64,000 bases of DNA, taken from contig OZ193909.1 of NCBI GenBank assembly GCA_964276515.1, positions 5,518,001 through 5,582,000 of the forward strand. The letters run 5' to 3'. The position numbers and the translations under genes are program-made. The DNA comes from Gordius albopunctatus (lineage: Eukaryota). This document shows positions 1 through 12,705 of the stretch, piece by piece (position 1 is the stretch's first letter; each line of letters opens with the position of its first letter). Below the pieces are notes generated by a model. The model was not told where the DNA came from. It made no database searches and saw only the letters and a program-made list of their open reading frames with translations.

Positions 1-82
1 GCTGTTTTTATGAAACATGGATAAATTGTATCCTAGACATTGAAGCATTAGATTTCCATGTGCTAAAATAGTAATTGAAAAT

Positions 83-319
83 ATGAAGGCACGCGAGGAA
101 AAGCTTCTTAAGAATGATGTTCTTTTAGCAGCTTTATACGTTGATCTGCGTTATCAATGTCTACTATCCGAGGAAGAAATTCACATAGCTAAAATACATT
201 TACTAAAAATTTGGAGAAAGTTGGAGGTATTAAAGAATGGCTGTAATGATTCTAGTGATAAAATACAATTATCTATAAATGTAAAGTTGCTATTATGCCC
301 AAACTTGGACGGAGCATAA
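83..319 (+). pseudogene. hAT-type transposase fragment
   Basis: Peptide LLAALYVDLRY resembles the hAT 'A..LDPR[FY]' motif. Short and truncated. Confidence 0.45.
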
Positions 320-556
320 TAGCTACCATATGTGCTTGGACGCATAAGCTCTGTCATCAAGAGGGGTAAAATGCTTAAGAGGTTAAGTTTTAACAGCAAA
401 TACAAGCTCAAGCAGTAGGAATAAGTCGGATGAACAATTTTAAATTAAAGTAGTTTTTTTTTTAAATTGACATGCTTTATTAAATAAAAAGTATTAAATA
501 TTGAGTGGAATTAATAAAAAGATACAAGAACGAAATCATTTATATAAAAAAAATGA

Positions 557-1723
557 TTAAAACTCAATATCCGTTTCTTCATCTTTGAGAATGGGCATTG
601 AATCCACCAAAGAATAAAAATTAGATTTAGCGATCGCGATGGCAATTGATTGTCGTAGTAAAAAACTATTCGATATTTTACAAGGGGGCGAGCGTTTATT
701 GAGTTCTTTAAAAGAAATTAAAGCGCTCTTCCCAAATGTCCTTGAGCACGATGAGACGATAGGAATAAAAATCGAGGTTTGGGATAAAGCTGAATATTTT
801 AAGGATTTCCGATGCTCTGCCGATCCAAGGGGGTCGTGAGTATCGTTGGAGGGGGCAAAAAGGTCTATACAGGTGTAGTCCCATTTTAAGAAAAGGCCTT
901 TGTCCCATGGGATAAGGGACGAACCGTCCGGGCGCATCCGCCCTTCGAGAGAGGGATCTGAAGGTTCAAGGATCGAAGGGACTTTTGCCCGTTTGAGGGC
1001 AGCTTGAAGTAGTGTATTTATTTTTTGGTGCCTACCATACCGGCTTTTGTTAAATTTACAATGCAGAGGGTGACGTGCTTCCTCATCTACAAGTGAATTA
1101 CAAAGCCGGCAGGGGTATGAGGACGTGTATTTACAGCCCAAGCGGAGGGCTATATTGTAGGAGAGGGTAGGATTCTCCAAAAACATACCCGAAAACTTAC
1201 TAGGGTAAGCTTCAAGCCATTCATGTCCGGATTGGTCGAAAGCCAATGACCTAAGGTTGCAATGCTGTTTGGGGTCGCATGTCGAGAGAAGGTAAGCAAC
1301 GGACCGCGACACCAAGCTTGCATCCAAATCTTTTTGAGCGTATGATTGTGGTATATTAGCTCCTACATTGACGTTCTCATTCCATAAGGATAGGGCTTGA
1401 TTTATGGAGGGATTAAGTGGGAATGGGACAAGGTCGTTGATATGATGTTTAAAAGATAGAGAGGAAGAAATAAAGGCGGCTAGGGAAATCGCAGATGGGG
1501 AGCGAATACCAAGGCCACCGGATTTTGTGGGAAGTGTGGCTTGAAGCCAAGTATTGGTGTTAAAGGAAATATTTAAAATTGATTCAAGAGTGGATTTAAA
1601 AAAGTTTTCATAGTCGTGTAAAACTTCTTTAAATAAAAAAGCTTGCGTGGAGCGGAAGCAGAATAAAATTTTGCTAATGTTGTAATTATTTTTTATAATA
1701 TAAAAAGAATGATGAGATGGCAT
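557..1723 (-). pseudogene. CRE C-terminal zinc knuckle / RLE endonuclease region
   Basis: QATLP..GGLG, CRLC..H.LHC, RH and RPDG motifs. Confidence 0.85.
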
Positions 1724-1919
1724 AGATTTAAAAATGTCTAATTTAGTTTTTAAAGAAGAGAGATTTTTGTCTAAAATTTTTTAAGGCACTGGGGTCCCCC
1801 GATAGGTGCGCCTAAAACATACAAATTGTCTTTTTTAATTTTGGCAAAGTCAAAAAACTTTGGGTGAATATTATCCAAGTCAGAATATATTTCACTTTTA
1901 GAGGCGTTTAAACATAAGT

Positions 1920-2870
1920 TTAGAGTGGGGAAAAAGCATGTATTACATCTAGTGCTTGGACTAGGTTGTCAGGGGTCCCAACAAGAGTGGCGTCATCAAG
2001 ATACCAGACATTAAGAGTAAGTTTACAGTGTTTGTTAATTTCGTTAATTAGGTGATTTATGGCCAAGCAGAATAAAGGGGGGCCTAGAGGATCGCCTTGT
2101 TGGATCCCTTCTGCGGATTCGATGAAGAATTCTCCAAATTTCAAAATCGAAGGGCATCCATAACTTAAAATGATGTAGTTGGTGTAGTGGGGAAACAGTT
2201 TGATAAATTCATTAATGAAAGCAGTGCGGCGAATGCTGTTGAAAGCATTTTTAAAATCCAGTTTTATAAAGGAGTCACCCGGTGGGAGATGTTCCAGGGC
2301 TAAGCGTGCGGCATGGGTAGCTATCTCGCACCCTCCTTTGACCCCAAAGCCTAGTTGATGCGGAATTAAAGTTGGGGTCAATATTGGTTTGATCGCCGAG
2401 CAAATTAATTTAGAAATAATTCTTCGAAAAACACCGCCGATAGCGATAGGCCTGGCTGAATTGTCGGCCTTCCTAATAGCTAAAAGCTTAGCTCCAAAGA
2501 CTATGGGCGTTATTTCTTTAGGTATACTCCCATTGACTAAAAGGTTACAAAATTTGGTGAGTAAGTCTAATAAGATGGAGGAGTTATTATTATCAATTGT
2601 TATAAGATCTTTTAAAAAAATTGGTTTTATGCCGTCGAGACCACCTGCAGAATCCATGGGAAAGGATAAGATGGCATCTCGAATTTCTGGTGACTTAAAA
2701 GCAATATCTGAAGGTTGCGAGGGCGATAGGTAAGTAGACGATAGACTCTGGGGGTGTTTGAGAACCATTTCTTCGTATGATTTTTGTGAAGGACTCAGAA
2801 ATGAATTGTCTTCTTCAAGAAATCTGATTGCACCTTTTATGTTGAAAGCGTGGATTTTTATAGAGATCAT
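1920..2870 (-). pseudogene. CRE reverse transcriptase domain
   Basis: 316-aa ORF with non-LTR RT motifs through YLDD; separated from the downstream ORF by frameshifts. Confidence 0.9.
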
Positions 2871-3379
2871 ATTCGCTTTTTGTTTGGGAGTTAATATGTG
2901 GGATTCCTTTCTCTCAATGTTATATGCTGGAGGGCTGTTTTGACTGTCGAACTTGAAAACTGATTGTTTAATATTATGAGTGATATTTGCTTCTTTGTCT
3001 TGAGGAATGGATAAAATGTAAAAAGAGAATTTAAATACCTTTTGCTCAACGAATGTTTCAATTAATTATGTGGCATATCGCAATTAATCTGCTCAGCTAA
3101 TGTGTTAATTACTTATCTCTTATGTGACATATCGCCTATCCCCTCTTCCCTATCTCTCTTACGTGTGTAAAGTCTTGGGGAAATGTTAATTTAAGATAAT
3201 ATTAGTTGTAATAATTTATGTGTCTATTTGGTTAAATTTAATAAAATAATAATGCTGATTTGGTGTCAATACTTTAATTTGAACTAAAAACAGATATAAG
3301 ACATCTAAATCAAATATATGTAAATAAAATAAAATATTTTTGCCATGTTTTAAACAATAAATTTCGAAATATTTTGCCA

Positions 3380-4015
3380 AAAAAATTCACACCTTCAATA
3401 AAACTATTACATTGTAACCTGGCTTAAAACCCCATATTAAAATTTTCAAAAAATTTATTAGCATTTGGGTGAGACAAAATATTCAAATATTTATATTTAA
3501 AACAATAAAACATATTTTTGGCATGTATAAAGGCGTAAATTTTGAAATCATTAAACAAATTCGAGCCATCTATAGAGAATATTCTATAAAGCGAAATTTC
3601 CCACTTTTTATAAAACTTTGCATTGTGACCTGGACTACAAATATTATTAAATATAAATTTAGAAACATTAAGTCATATTAAGAATGTAAAAAAATATTTA
3701 TACAATAAAATATAATTTCGCCATTTATAAAAAATAAATTTCAACAATCATTTGAGATATATATAATGAAAATCGAAAAAAATTAGTTCGCACCTTTAAT
3801 AAAATTGTAACATTGACACCTGTTCTTAAAAACAATAAAATATAAAGGTAAACCATATTAAAATTGTCAAAAAAAATTACCATCTGTGTGAGACAGAAAA
3901 TCAAAAAATTTATAATTAAATAAATTTTTATGAAATTTTTGGCATGTATAAAAAATAAATCTTTATATCATTAAGCATATTTTAGCCATATATAAAGAAA
4001 ACTGCAAAAAAAAAT
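3380..4015. repeat. Diverged tandem duplication, period about 400 bp
   Basis: Blocks 'ccatattaaaatt..gtgagaca..tttttggcatgtataaa..gccat.tata' recur near 3430-3575 and 3850-3995. Confidence 0.55.
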
Positions 4016-5099
4016 TCGTCTGAAAAAAGATAAATTCATAACAAATAGCCATTGGCGTAGGGAGGGAGTGGTTTTCCGGTTAGAACCCCTCCCATGATGT
4101 TCAATTTATATAATTTTTACATTGTATATTTATAAAATAAATATTTGTTGGAATTTTACTTTTAGTATTTTTACGCGAATGTCACTTTAAGCTTTCAGGA
4201 AACAAAACATTTTGATCCAAAAAAATAGTTACAAAAAAATTTAGGGCCGCAGACCCCAAAGCCCCGTACCTCACTCCTGGTTTTTTTTATGTTATGAATA
4301 TTCATAAAAAGTATCAACCCCTACCTTTTAGGTTTCTATAACATTATAATAAACAAGCAATAAATTCTTTAGGAACGAAATGATGATGGTTATTTCAGAT
4401 GGCAACAACTAATTTCTTAATTATTTATCTAAAAACATTACATATTATTGCCAATGCCAACTAAGGGTCCCAGCTAGTTCAAATATGCATATGACACATT
4501 TATACGGGCTTTTAAATAAAAAAAATTCTATATGATAATACAAATAAATTAGGGAAAAAATTAAGATAGTTTAAGAATTTTTCCATGAGAGTCGAGACAT
4601 GTCGAGATTCTTTGTCGATCCGAGACCGAGATTTCTAGACCGAGAGGAGACAAGATTGAAACACTAATAAAAACGAGAATAATCCAAGCAAAAAATATAA
4701 CTTTCTATATTTTTCGCATAATAAATTAAATAAAAGAGTGAAAACTCTTACAAAGTTGATACTTATGGTTACCTAGGCAATTTGAATAAAGCAACTCAAA
4801 CATCGGTTACCTAGGAAAAAACTTAACCTTTATTATTTGAGCATTCACAACTCTCACTATTCATAAATCTTAACCTTGTATTTGACCACTCATTATAATT
4901 TAAATCTCTCGTTATTATTCACACAAGTAAACTTACTAGATGTATATCACAATATGTTACATAAAAGAATTCATTCTCTTGAATCATTTGGGTTATATTA
5001 AAAGTAGTAACTTATTTCTCTACATACTTATCTCGAATTAAATTTAAAACCTAAGACTGTTCAGTTAGATATAGATTAAGGTAGAAAGAATATCAACCT

Positions 5100-5508
5100 G
5101 CGTTACCCAAAGTGACAAAAAACTATTAGATTTTTTTTCGTCATTAGCGCCACGAGTGAACACACCTTAAGTAAAGCAAAGCGTCCTATAAGAGTAGAGA
5201 AGGACCAAATTTTAATTATTGCCTGATAAAATAGATAGCTTTTATTTTTAAACGATAATATTAAATTTTAATAATTTTAATTTGTGTTTAAAACCGACTA
5301 TATATACTCTAGCTTAGCTACTTTATGAACGATACAAACTTTTTTATACAAAAAATATTATTAAACAATGTCGACCTGTTTAAAGTTAGGGCCTGATGCA
5401 GCGCAATATTTAGGTTTTATCTCCGGGCTTGGAGCGGGCCAAATAATATATTTATGTGGGTATGGGCCGGGCCTGAATTAAAAAAATTTGCAAATGGAGG
5501 TCTCTGTT
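5100..5508 (+). mobile_element. Decayed hAT 3' end (dimerisation-domain remnant plus GGGCC-rich right arm)
   Basis: Degenerate 'SATSEHTLSKA..LLPDKIDSF.FL' peptide, then gggccgggcc repeats ending ggaggtctctg, similar to the right end at 52223. Confidence 0.45.
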
Positions 5509-5545
5509 AGAGTCAGGGATCTGTGTTAGGCTATTTAGGTTCAAA

Positions 5546-5831
5546 CATTGACTAATAGACTGTTTGTTCCCCTTTAAAAAGTGTTACCTATTTTGGCAGC
5601 CATTTTAATAAGTAAAACATGAATTTTGGGCAATTTATATGGTTTGATAAATTTTTAAAATCGCTATAATGATTAAAACGGGTTGTTTAATGTTATAAGA
5701 TCAATGATTATTGTCCAATACAATCCATTGCTATACAAACAAACTCTACTTCACTTATCAAAATGACGGTCGTTTTAGGAAACACTTTTGTTGCCGCAAT
5801 ATATAAGAGATGAGCAGTCTATTAGTCTATG
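5546..5831. mobile_element. MITE with CAT(A/T)GACTAATAGACTG TIRs and 8-bp TSD (P- or hAT-like)
   Basis: Left end cattgactaatagactg, right end cagtctattagtctatg; flanks GGTTCAAA (5538-5545) and GGTTCAAG (5832-5839). Confidence 0.75.
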
Positions 5832-5913
5832 GGTTCAAGATTTTAGTCTCTTGCAGATGATGTGCGTCAACTTATTACATTTTTAGACTATTAGTCTATG
5901 ATTATCATATGAC

Positions 5914-6820
5914 ATGATTCGAATTATAGGTAATATAAATTTAAGCTCGAATTAATATAGTTTAGGTGTTCCTAAATATCCGCTATTATTTACGCAATGT
6001 TATAAATTCCGCTGTATTAATCGAAATTTGATGCCAATTCAGATAATTAAATCAAGAGCAGCAGGTAAATTTTTTTTGTTCAAAATATACTTGAATATAA
6101 ATACCAAGCTTCAAATTTTATTTGCTCCAATTGTGATTATATATATATATATATATTAAGTTTTATGCATGTTATATTATCTCTTAAACTAAATAGCTTC
6201 AGATGCTGCCATTTCGTGGACTAGAGCAAATGATATTGACAAAAGAACTAATTATTCCCTCCATTGGACTATGGAAAGAGTTGTGTCAGTAGCACTCCTA
6301 GCCATTTTTCCAGCCTCTTATTTTATAACTCACCCTTCCCTCGATTATCTTTTAGCAACTTCAATTGTACTTCATTCACACTGGTTGGTGAACCTAGGAG
6401 TTACACTTATCACTTTAAATTGCCTTTCTATGTCACATCATATAATTTAGTCTGTTAACTTTAATTTTTTGAAAAAGTTTTTCAAGTACTAGCTTAAAAT
6501 TTAATCATCTATGACAACCTTTAGTTAATTCATATTATATATTTGTAATGAAATAACATCTATTTCTTATATATTTTACTGGACATGTTATTATAAAGCT
6601 ATTATTTAAAAAAATTTAATATTATTATAGGGGAATGGAGGTGGTGGCTGGAGATTATGCTGATAGATGGGATAGATACAATAGGTACAACATTTTTGGA
6701 CCTGCAGCCAATTTTTCTGTTCTTCTCACATCGGCAGCACTGTTAGGTGGCTTATTCTACTTTAATCATGCTGACGTTGGAATTAGAGAAGCTATTCGTT
6801 TATTATGGCATGAAATATGA
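5914..6820 (+). CDS. SDHD: Succinate dehydrogenase cytochrome b small subunit (CybS), 163 aa; exons 5914-5929, 5966-6064, 6197-6383, 6631-6820
   Basis: Spliced translation gives SLHWTMERVVSVALL..DYLLATSIVLHSHW|GMEVVAGDY..GLFYFNHADVGIREAIRLLW, matching the CybS family. GT-AG introns in phases 1,1,2; the 492-nt CDS stays in frame; basic N-terminus resembles a mitochondrial presequence. Exon 1 is the least certain. The exon 3 acceptor could be 6 nt later (6203). Confidence 0.93.
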
Positions 6821-7894
6821 TATAAATTGATTTGAAACTTTTATAAACGCACAAATTGTTTTTCATTATCCCCTAAAATATTATTAAAAATATTTGTAAT
6901 TTATTTAATGAGACCCAATTATTTCACAATTAAAAAGGCTTGAATTTAATTGATAAAATATATCCATATATTGATATTACATGAATGTTATTGGTTTATT
7001 TAAAGTTGAATTTATGTGAGTTAATGTGTTTTGGAAAATAAAAAGTGACTAACCACAATACTATTTTTACCTTATTGTGTCAATTTATCTCAAACTCTAA
7101 AAATATTTAGATGCTTATATTGAAAATATGTATGTATAGATTGTAAAGCAATGTTTGAAACTATAAATGAACTTTTAAATATAGATTGGATTGACATTGT
7201 GATTATTAATGGAACAAAATGAGGGCAATATCAATGATATGTAACTGAAAATCAGTTTATAACTTTGAGGATTTTATTTTTAGGGCTGATATTACTTGTT
7301 GCATAAAGCCTTGTTTCAAATTATTAAACGAATTTTGATCTGGAAAACCCAATATTTTAGGCTCCCTTACAAGTATATAATTATTGGTTATTCCCAAAAT
7401 ATACTTTCAATATCTATTTCTTTTAAAACTATGCACACAAGTTTATTATTTCCCAACAATGATAGTATATTAAATCAATTTAGTACATATAATTAACCAA
7501 ATGATTCCATATATTTTAACTCTTAAAGCTTTAATTTGAACAAAATACATTATGTGTTAGCTTAAATCCGCAGGTATCAATTATCACATTTTTTAAAGAC
7601 TAAAATTTCTGAATCAAATTTTTTGTCTAGTTAATTCCCTGGTTTTGGATCTCGAATAAATCGTCAATGTATATTAATATTGGTTTATTAAGATTTTTAG
7701 GTTAAGTAATAAGTTCTGAGGAGTGTAGCCGCGTTTCGCGCTCAAATGGTGGGCAGAAATTTCAAAAATGGTTTAAGGAGGAGTAAAAAATATCTAAATT
7801 TGCCTCATTAAGTTTTTTTTGTTAATTATGGCTAAATTCGCCCACCCTACCTCGTTCTGGCTATGTCATTTTAAACTTCCATTATCACTTTCTT

Positions 7895-10598
7895 TAGAGG
7901 CCTTCAAAGTTACTTTTTTACAACCCGATCCCAAAGGGTTTAAATTTTTTAAACCGAACCCTATCCAAATGCGTTTTAAATTTATCAATCCCAACCTGAT
8001 CCGAAAGTAAAAAACATGCGGTGTATAAAATTTGGTCTAAGCGATTTGTTATAAACATGTATAAGTATTAGTGCTGTAAGTGAACGCGTTCAACGCGTTC
8101 AAATTTTATGAACGCGTTCATGAACGGCGTTCTTTTATTTTTTGGTGAACTTTGAACGTGAACGCGTTCCTTTTTTGATGAACGCGTACGAATTTAATGT
8201 TCGTTCAATTTTAAAAACCCTTTTTTGTTTTTATTTATTTGAAAATTAATGTCAATCCGAATTTTTAACAAAAAAGTATTATATTTTTTAATCAGCTTTT
8301 TTTCCTGTTTCCTATTACCAATTCCGAAATACTTTTAACATACTATAACGTGCAAAAGAAGATAAGATATAAGTTAATTAGTTTTATATTATTAATTATA
8401 GTTTAATTTATAGGTTAATATGGACAATCATAATATTATATCGTCGTCATCTTCAGATTCTGAATATTCAAAATCAGCAGATGAATTTAAATTGCAATGG
8501 CCAAAATATGAAAAATATTTTTCACTCGTTTCATATAAAAGATCAAATTCAATAATTAAAATGAACCTATAAAGAATAAACTTTTAGTGTTATTGAAAAT
8601 AGGGATTGAAATCCCTAGAATTGATAATGAAAGAGCTGTCAATTCCGAGATATCATTTTTTGGCGAGGATGTAGAGGGCGCATTGGAGGATGATATCTTG
8701 TCGCAATTTTTTGAAGCGAGGGACAAAACATTAAAAGTTTTTAATAAATTTCCTCCTTTAAAAAATTTGTTTATTAAGTATAATACTCCAATCCCCTCAT
8801 CTGCCCCTGTGGAGCAGGTTTTTAGTATAGCTAATGCTGTATTAACTGCCAAGCGTTCCTGTTTATCAGAAGACAATTTTGAAAAACAATTATTATTAAA
8901 AATAAATAAGAAAATAGATTATATGGATTTATAATTATATTGTCGAAATAAAACTATTATTTTTTATCATGGCTATTTATTGTATTAAAAAATATAAGAA
9001 ATTTATTTATATTAAATTCAACTTTAAAAAAATGTATCATAAAATTTTGAACGAACGTGAACGCGTTCCTTTTCTTTTTAGACGAACGTGAACGGGAACG
9101 CGTTCGATTTTTTTACAAATGTTTACAGCACTAATAAGTATTGATTCACAGGTCGCAAATTAGCTCTTCTCTCTAAAATTCTCCCAGCAGTCGAAAACGA
9201 CCTCTCGCTACTTACAGAAAGTAGGGGTGATTAGAAATTTGCGAGCAAATCGAAATCATAAATCCTGAAATTGTAATTAATTGTATTATACACTATTTAT
9301 AGAAAACTGGAAATTTTATAAGTAAAGAATGTATCGTATTGCATATCGTATAAAAGTTGCTGCGAAATTTATAAACTTCGTCTCGACCCGAATGCAATTT
9401 ACGTTTCAACCCGAAGCCGACCCGATCTGAAAGCATTTTAAAAATTTTTCGACTCGACCTGAAAGCATTTTAAAATTTTTAACGCGAATTTGACGCGAAG
9501 ACATCAAACTTTCGATCTCATGTCGGGTTTTGGTTAGAAACGTGCAAAGTCACTTTTTTTAACCCAAACCGACTCGAATTTTTTTAAAAATTGTTAACCC
9601 GCCCCGACCCAAAATCATTTTAAAATTTCCAACCCGAATCCGAATGGCAAGTAAACCATGTAATAAAATTTAAACCTAATTTCATGTTGGTTTATCATTA
9701 TATATTTGTGTATTTTAAACTAATAAGGAACTATCACTTCACAATATTTACAATTTAAAATTTTTATTTAGCTGTTATATTTTACCATTCACGAGTCAAA
9801 TTTAAATAAATCTAATCAGATTTTAATAAACAAAAGAAATTAATTAAATGAATAAATGATCTTAATTAATTACATTTCAGTATTAATTAAAAATATTATA
9901 CATAATAGCATAAATTTTAAAGTTAGGTCTTGTGTATATTGCAATTTAAGATTCGTATCATTGACCCGACTCTAGAAATCAAACCCGACCCAATCCGAAA
10001 GCATTTGAAACCAGAACCCGACCCGCCCGAGGGCATTTTAAAATTTTTAATCCGAACCCGATCCGACGAAGGCATTTCAAAATTTTTAACGGCCGGGTTT
10101 CGTGTCACCCGTGTAGGACTCAATCCTTAGGTAAGTTTTATATTTTCAACATTAAGTTTCCTCATTTATTTACAGACGTAAACTCTTGACTTATTCATAA
10201 GACGAGGTATTAGGGCCCAATTAATTAATTAATTAATTAATTTTTTTATAGAGACTTACCTATAAATTTACATGTTAGTCTAAATGCTGCGTGGAGTTAA
10301 AAGTCTATAATTATATCCCTACCGAAAATAAAATTATTAAAATTTTTTAACCTAACTCTCCCCTATTACATGGTTTAACAAAAAAGGCCGGCAAACTGCA
10401 TATTTTGGTAGATTTTTTGATGAACACTAACACATTTTTAATTTTTTCCCCATAAGTCAAGTTTTTTAAATATTTGCTGTCAAATTTGCTAAAAACAGCG
10501 ATTTTAAATCCAACCCGGCACTAACCGTCCCGAAAGCATAATTTTCAACCCGAACCCGTTCCGATGTCGGGTTTCGGGCCGCCCGTGCAGGTTTCTAG
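7895..10598. mobile_element. Cluster of hAT-like non-autonomous elements with ACCCGA subterminal repeats
   Basis: Termini tagaggccttcaaagt (7895), tagaaacgtgcaaagt (~9535) and tgcaggtttcta (~10597); many acccga/atccga motifs. Internal boundaries are uncertain. Confidence 0.5.
8069..9133 (+). mobile_element. Internally deleted hAT transposon, copy 1
   Basis: TIR TAGTGCTGTAA; perfect 8-bp TSD ATAAGTAT; GAACGCGTTC subterminal repeats; hAT dimerisation-domain ORF 8587-8934 (YNTPIPSSAPVEQVFS..KRSCLSEDNFEKQLLLK). Confidence 0.93.
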
Positions 10599-11349
10599 GT
10601 CCGGGCCCCTCTAATTTCTACAAATCCTGGGCCTAGCCATATGTCGTTTAAAAAAATAATTTTTACTTTTTAAATGCGATTTTTTGACAATATTGAAACA
10701 ATCCTACATATGTTTTGGTCATCCCTTTTCACTTATGCTTAAACAGTCGATGTGCTTTAAGATTGCTTCATCCATTTAAGTGTTCCGGTAGTGTGGGGCT
10801 TAAATTGATTAAACATATATTGAACCAAAAGCAATTAAATATAAGGTTCTTAATTTTAAAGTCATTTTTTTAAATTACTTGATTGTAATGCCACGTACAA
10901 TCTTTCTAACGTGCCTAAAAATCTTCAATTTTTAAAAGATTTTAAAACTTTTAGGTCTACTGTCTATTTTAATTTTTTGGAAATCAGGAAATATTGTGGA
11001 TTTGAATATATAGGATTAAAATGATTATGAATGTTTTTATTCCATTATCTTGTAATTAGACCTTTATATAAAGTTTGGTTTCTGATGTTTTAAATTAATA
11101 TTATCTATTATATAGTCAACTATGAAGATTTCTTATATTTAAAATTATTTTCCAAAATAGCAAGTTTTGCCCCCCCCCCACTAATTTTTCAGGGGGAAGC
11201 AGGGAGTGCGGCTCCCCCCCCCCCAGATTAGCCATTTTATAGGTCGCGTTTGAGATACTGGAGACCTTTTTTTTGCTCGCCGAAAATTTTTGGTAAGGAA
11301 ATTCCCCCCTCCTAATTCAAAACCTGGATACGCCCATGAATTTTATATT

Positions 11350-11853
11350 TGTATTAATTGCTATGCAATTTATGGGCTCACTTTCCATTTGTTTATGTCA
11401 CGCTGTTCGTGTCTTGTCACGCTTCTTGTTTATTAATTGCTATGCAATTTATGGGCTCTCTTTCCATTTTCCGAATGCCTTGTCACGCACCGAATGTCAC
11501 GCACCGAATGTCTTGTTTAACTAGTTTTTGGGTTCGAAACCCGGGGATTTTTTTGACTATTATGATTGTTCCTGTTACTACCAATGCTATTATAACTTTT
11601 TGGCCGTCCGCTGACTGCTGACCGATGGAAAAAATGACCATTGGCCAAAATGTGAATCAAAATTATTTTTTTCGTTTTTTTTGGCTAACATTGACAATTA
11701 CCCTATGCCCTACCCTAACAGAGCCTATGCCTCTACTGATATGAGTCCCTGTGCCCCCCCTACATTATGCCTATCCAGATCTGTGGTTCGAATCCCGGAG
11801 AGGCCAAAAAATTAAAAAAAAAATTTTTTTATTTTTTTTTAAAATTAATATAT
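11350..11853 (+). repeat. Interspersed repeat (Helentron/DINE-like), left part
   Basis: Begins ttgctatgcaatttatgggc; the internal unit 'ggccgtccgctg..ctgacc..aaaaaatgaccattggcc' is shared with 15396-16010 and, reversed, with 54780-55205. Confidence 0.6.
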
Positions 11854-11964
11854 CACCGTAAAAGATCATAATTTTCTTACTATAATTCACCACCTATATT
11901 TTTATGAATATTCTTGTGTTTTCGCTTGCCTTACCCGTCGTAACGTGTCTTCACCTAAATTTTT
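11854..11964 (+). repeat. 5' terminal direct repeat of element A
   Basis: Matches 14497-14607 with one mismatch seen (tataattc vs tatatttc). Confidence 0.95.
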
Positions 11965-12050
11965 ACTCCTATTACCAGTTACTTCTGTCCCCTACTCCTA
12001 CGATCCCTAAATCCCTCCACGTCCACCATATCCACAAGTACTTTCTCTGA
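11904..12050 (+). CDS. Small upstream ORF, 48 aa, hydrophobic N-terminus (MNILVFSLALPVVTCLHL...)
   Basis: ATG-to-TGA ORF read by hand, starting inside the repeat. Nothing shows that it is translated. Confidence 0.3.
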   Translation: MNILVFSLALPVVTCLHLNFYSYYQLLLSPTPTIPKSLHVHHIHKYFL

Positions 12051-12108
12051 AGTACTTTCTATAGGCAACCCCTTCTCCGCGACACAGGTAAGTGCGGACG
12101 GGTCCTTC

Positions 12109-12705
12109 ATGGATTCTACAGGGTTCACAATCGACCCCAAGGACGATCCAGGCACGCCGTTATCGGGCCAAACAAAGAGTTGGCTTGCGCTGGAATTACA
12201 GATAATCAAAGATGATTTATCGCTCATGATAAGCGCAAAACAGCAAGAATTGGCACGAACCCAACCAGTACCGTTCTGGACCCCCTATCAACAATGGGGA
12301 GGCCACAGTCAGTGGCAGCAACCACTGTTGCAACCAGCTATTGAACAAAGTGGAGAGGACTTGCTAAAGATTAGACTCAAGGGTCTCAAAGACGCGGATG
12401 AAAAGAATAAGCAAGTCCCACCCTACCAGAAACATGAAATAGACTTTCTATTGGGATTAGGAGATGTATGGGATAACCATACCAAAGCCACCGATGTATT
12501 CTCAGAAATAGTAAAGACCATTGCAATGGCCACATATTACGGATGGCAGGTAGTCACTGGAAAGACCAAAGATTGGGCCGTAAAGAACGGATTTCGCCAA
12601 ATGAGTGAGCAGATTAATTCCTTTCGTAGCAATTATTCGCAGTCTATGCCTAGGAAGGCGCCCTTCATCAAACGGAAAGGGCCGCCAGAGGCTAGGAAGG
12701 AGTGA
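12109..12705 (+). CDS. ORF1 of element A, putative gag/core-like protein (198 aa)
   Basis: Intact ATG ORF upstream of and overlapping the pol frame; basic C-terminal tail (RKAPFIKRKGPPEARKE). Function inferred from position only. Confidence 0.6.
   Translation: MDSTGFTIDPKDDPGTPLSGQTKSWLALELQIIKDDLSLMISAKQQELARTQPVPFWTPYQQWGGHSQWQQPLLQPAIEQSGEDLLKIRLKGLKDADEKNKQVPPYQKHEIDFLLGLGDVWDNHTKATDVFSEIVKTIAMATYYGWQVVTGKTKDWAVKNGFRQMSEQINSFRSNYSQSMPRKAPFIKRKGPPEARKE

Larger units (their letters stand above)
454..3036 (-). mobile_element. CRE-clade non-LTR retrotransposon (RT + restriction-like endonuclease), 5'-truncated and frameshifted
   Basis: RT motifs RPIAIG, QLGFG..GGCE, KLDFKNAFNS, GIQQGDPLGP, WYLDD (1920-2870). 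C-terminal CxxC..H..C, RH, RPDG, WD.T, AE..K..KY (557-1723). AATAAA plus poly(A) on the minus strand (T-run 454-463); the same 3' end occurs in the copy at 47040. Confidence 0.9.

Noticed and set aside
639..2943. Plus-strand ORFs over the CRE element (and similar ones at 8556, 45970, 48694, 44267, 56077)
   Set aside because: Antisense shadows of transposon coding sequence.
6264..6458. 64-aa ORF from the ORF track
   Set aside because: Wrong frame over SDHD exon 3 and intron 3.
9923..10130. Paired 66-aa ORFs on both strands
   Set aside because: They derive from ACCCGA subterminal repeats of a MITE.
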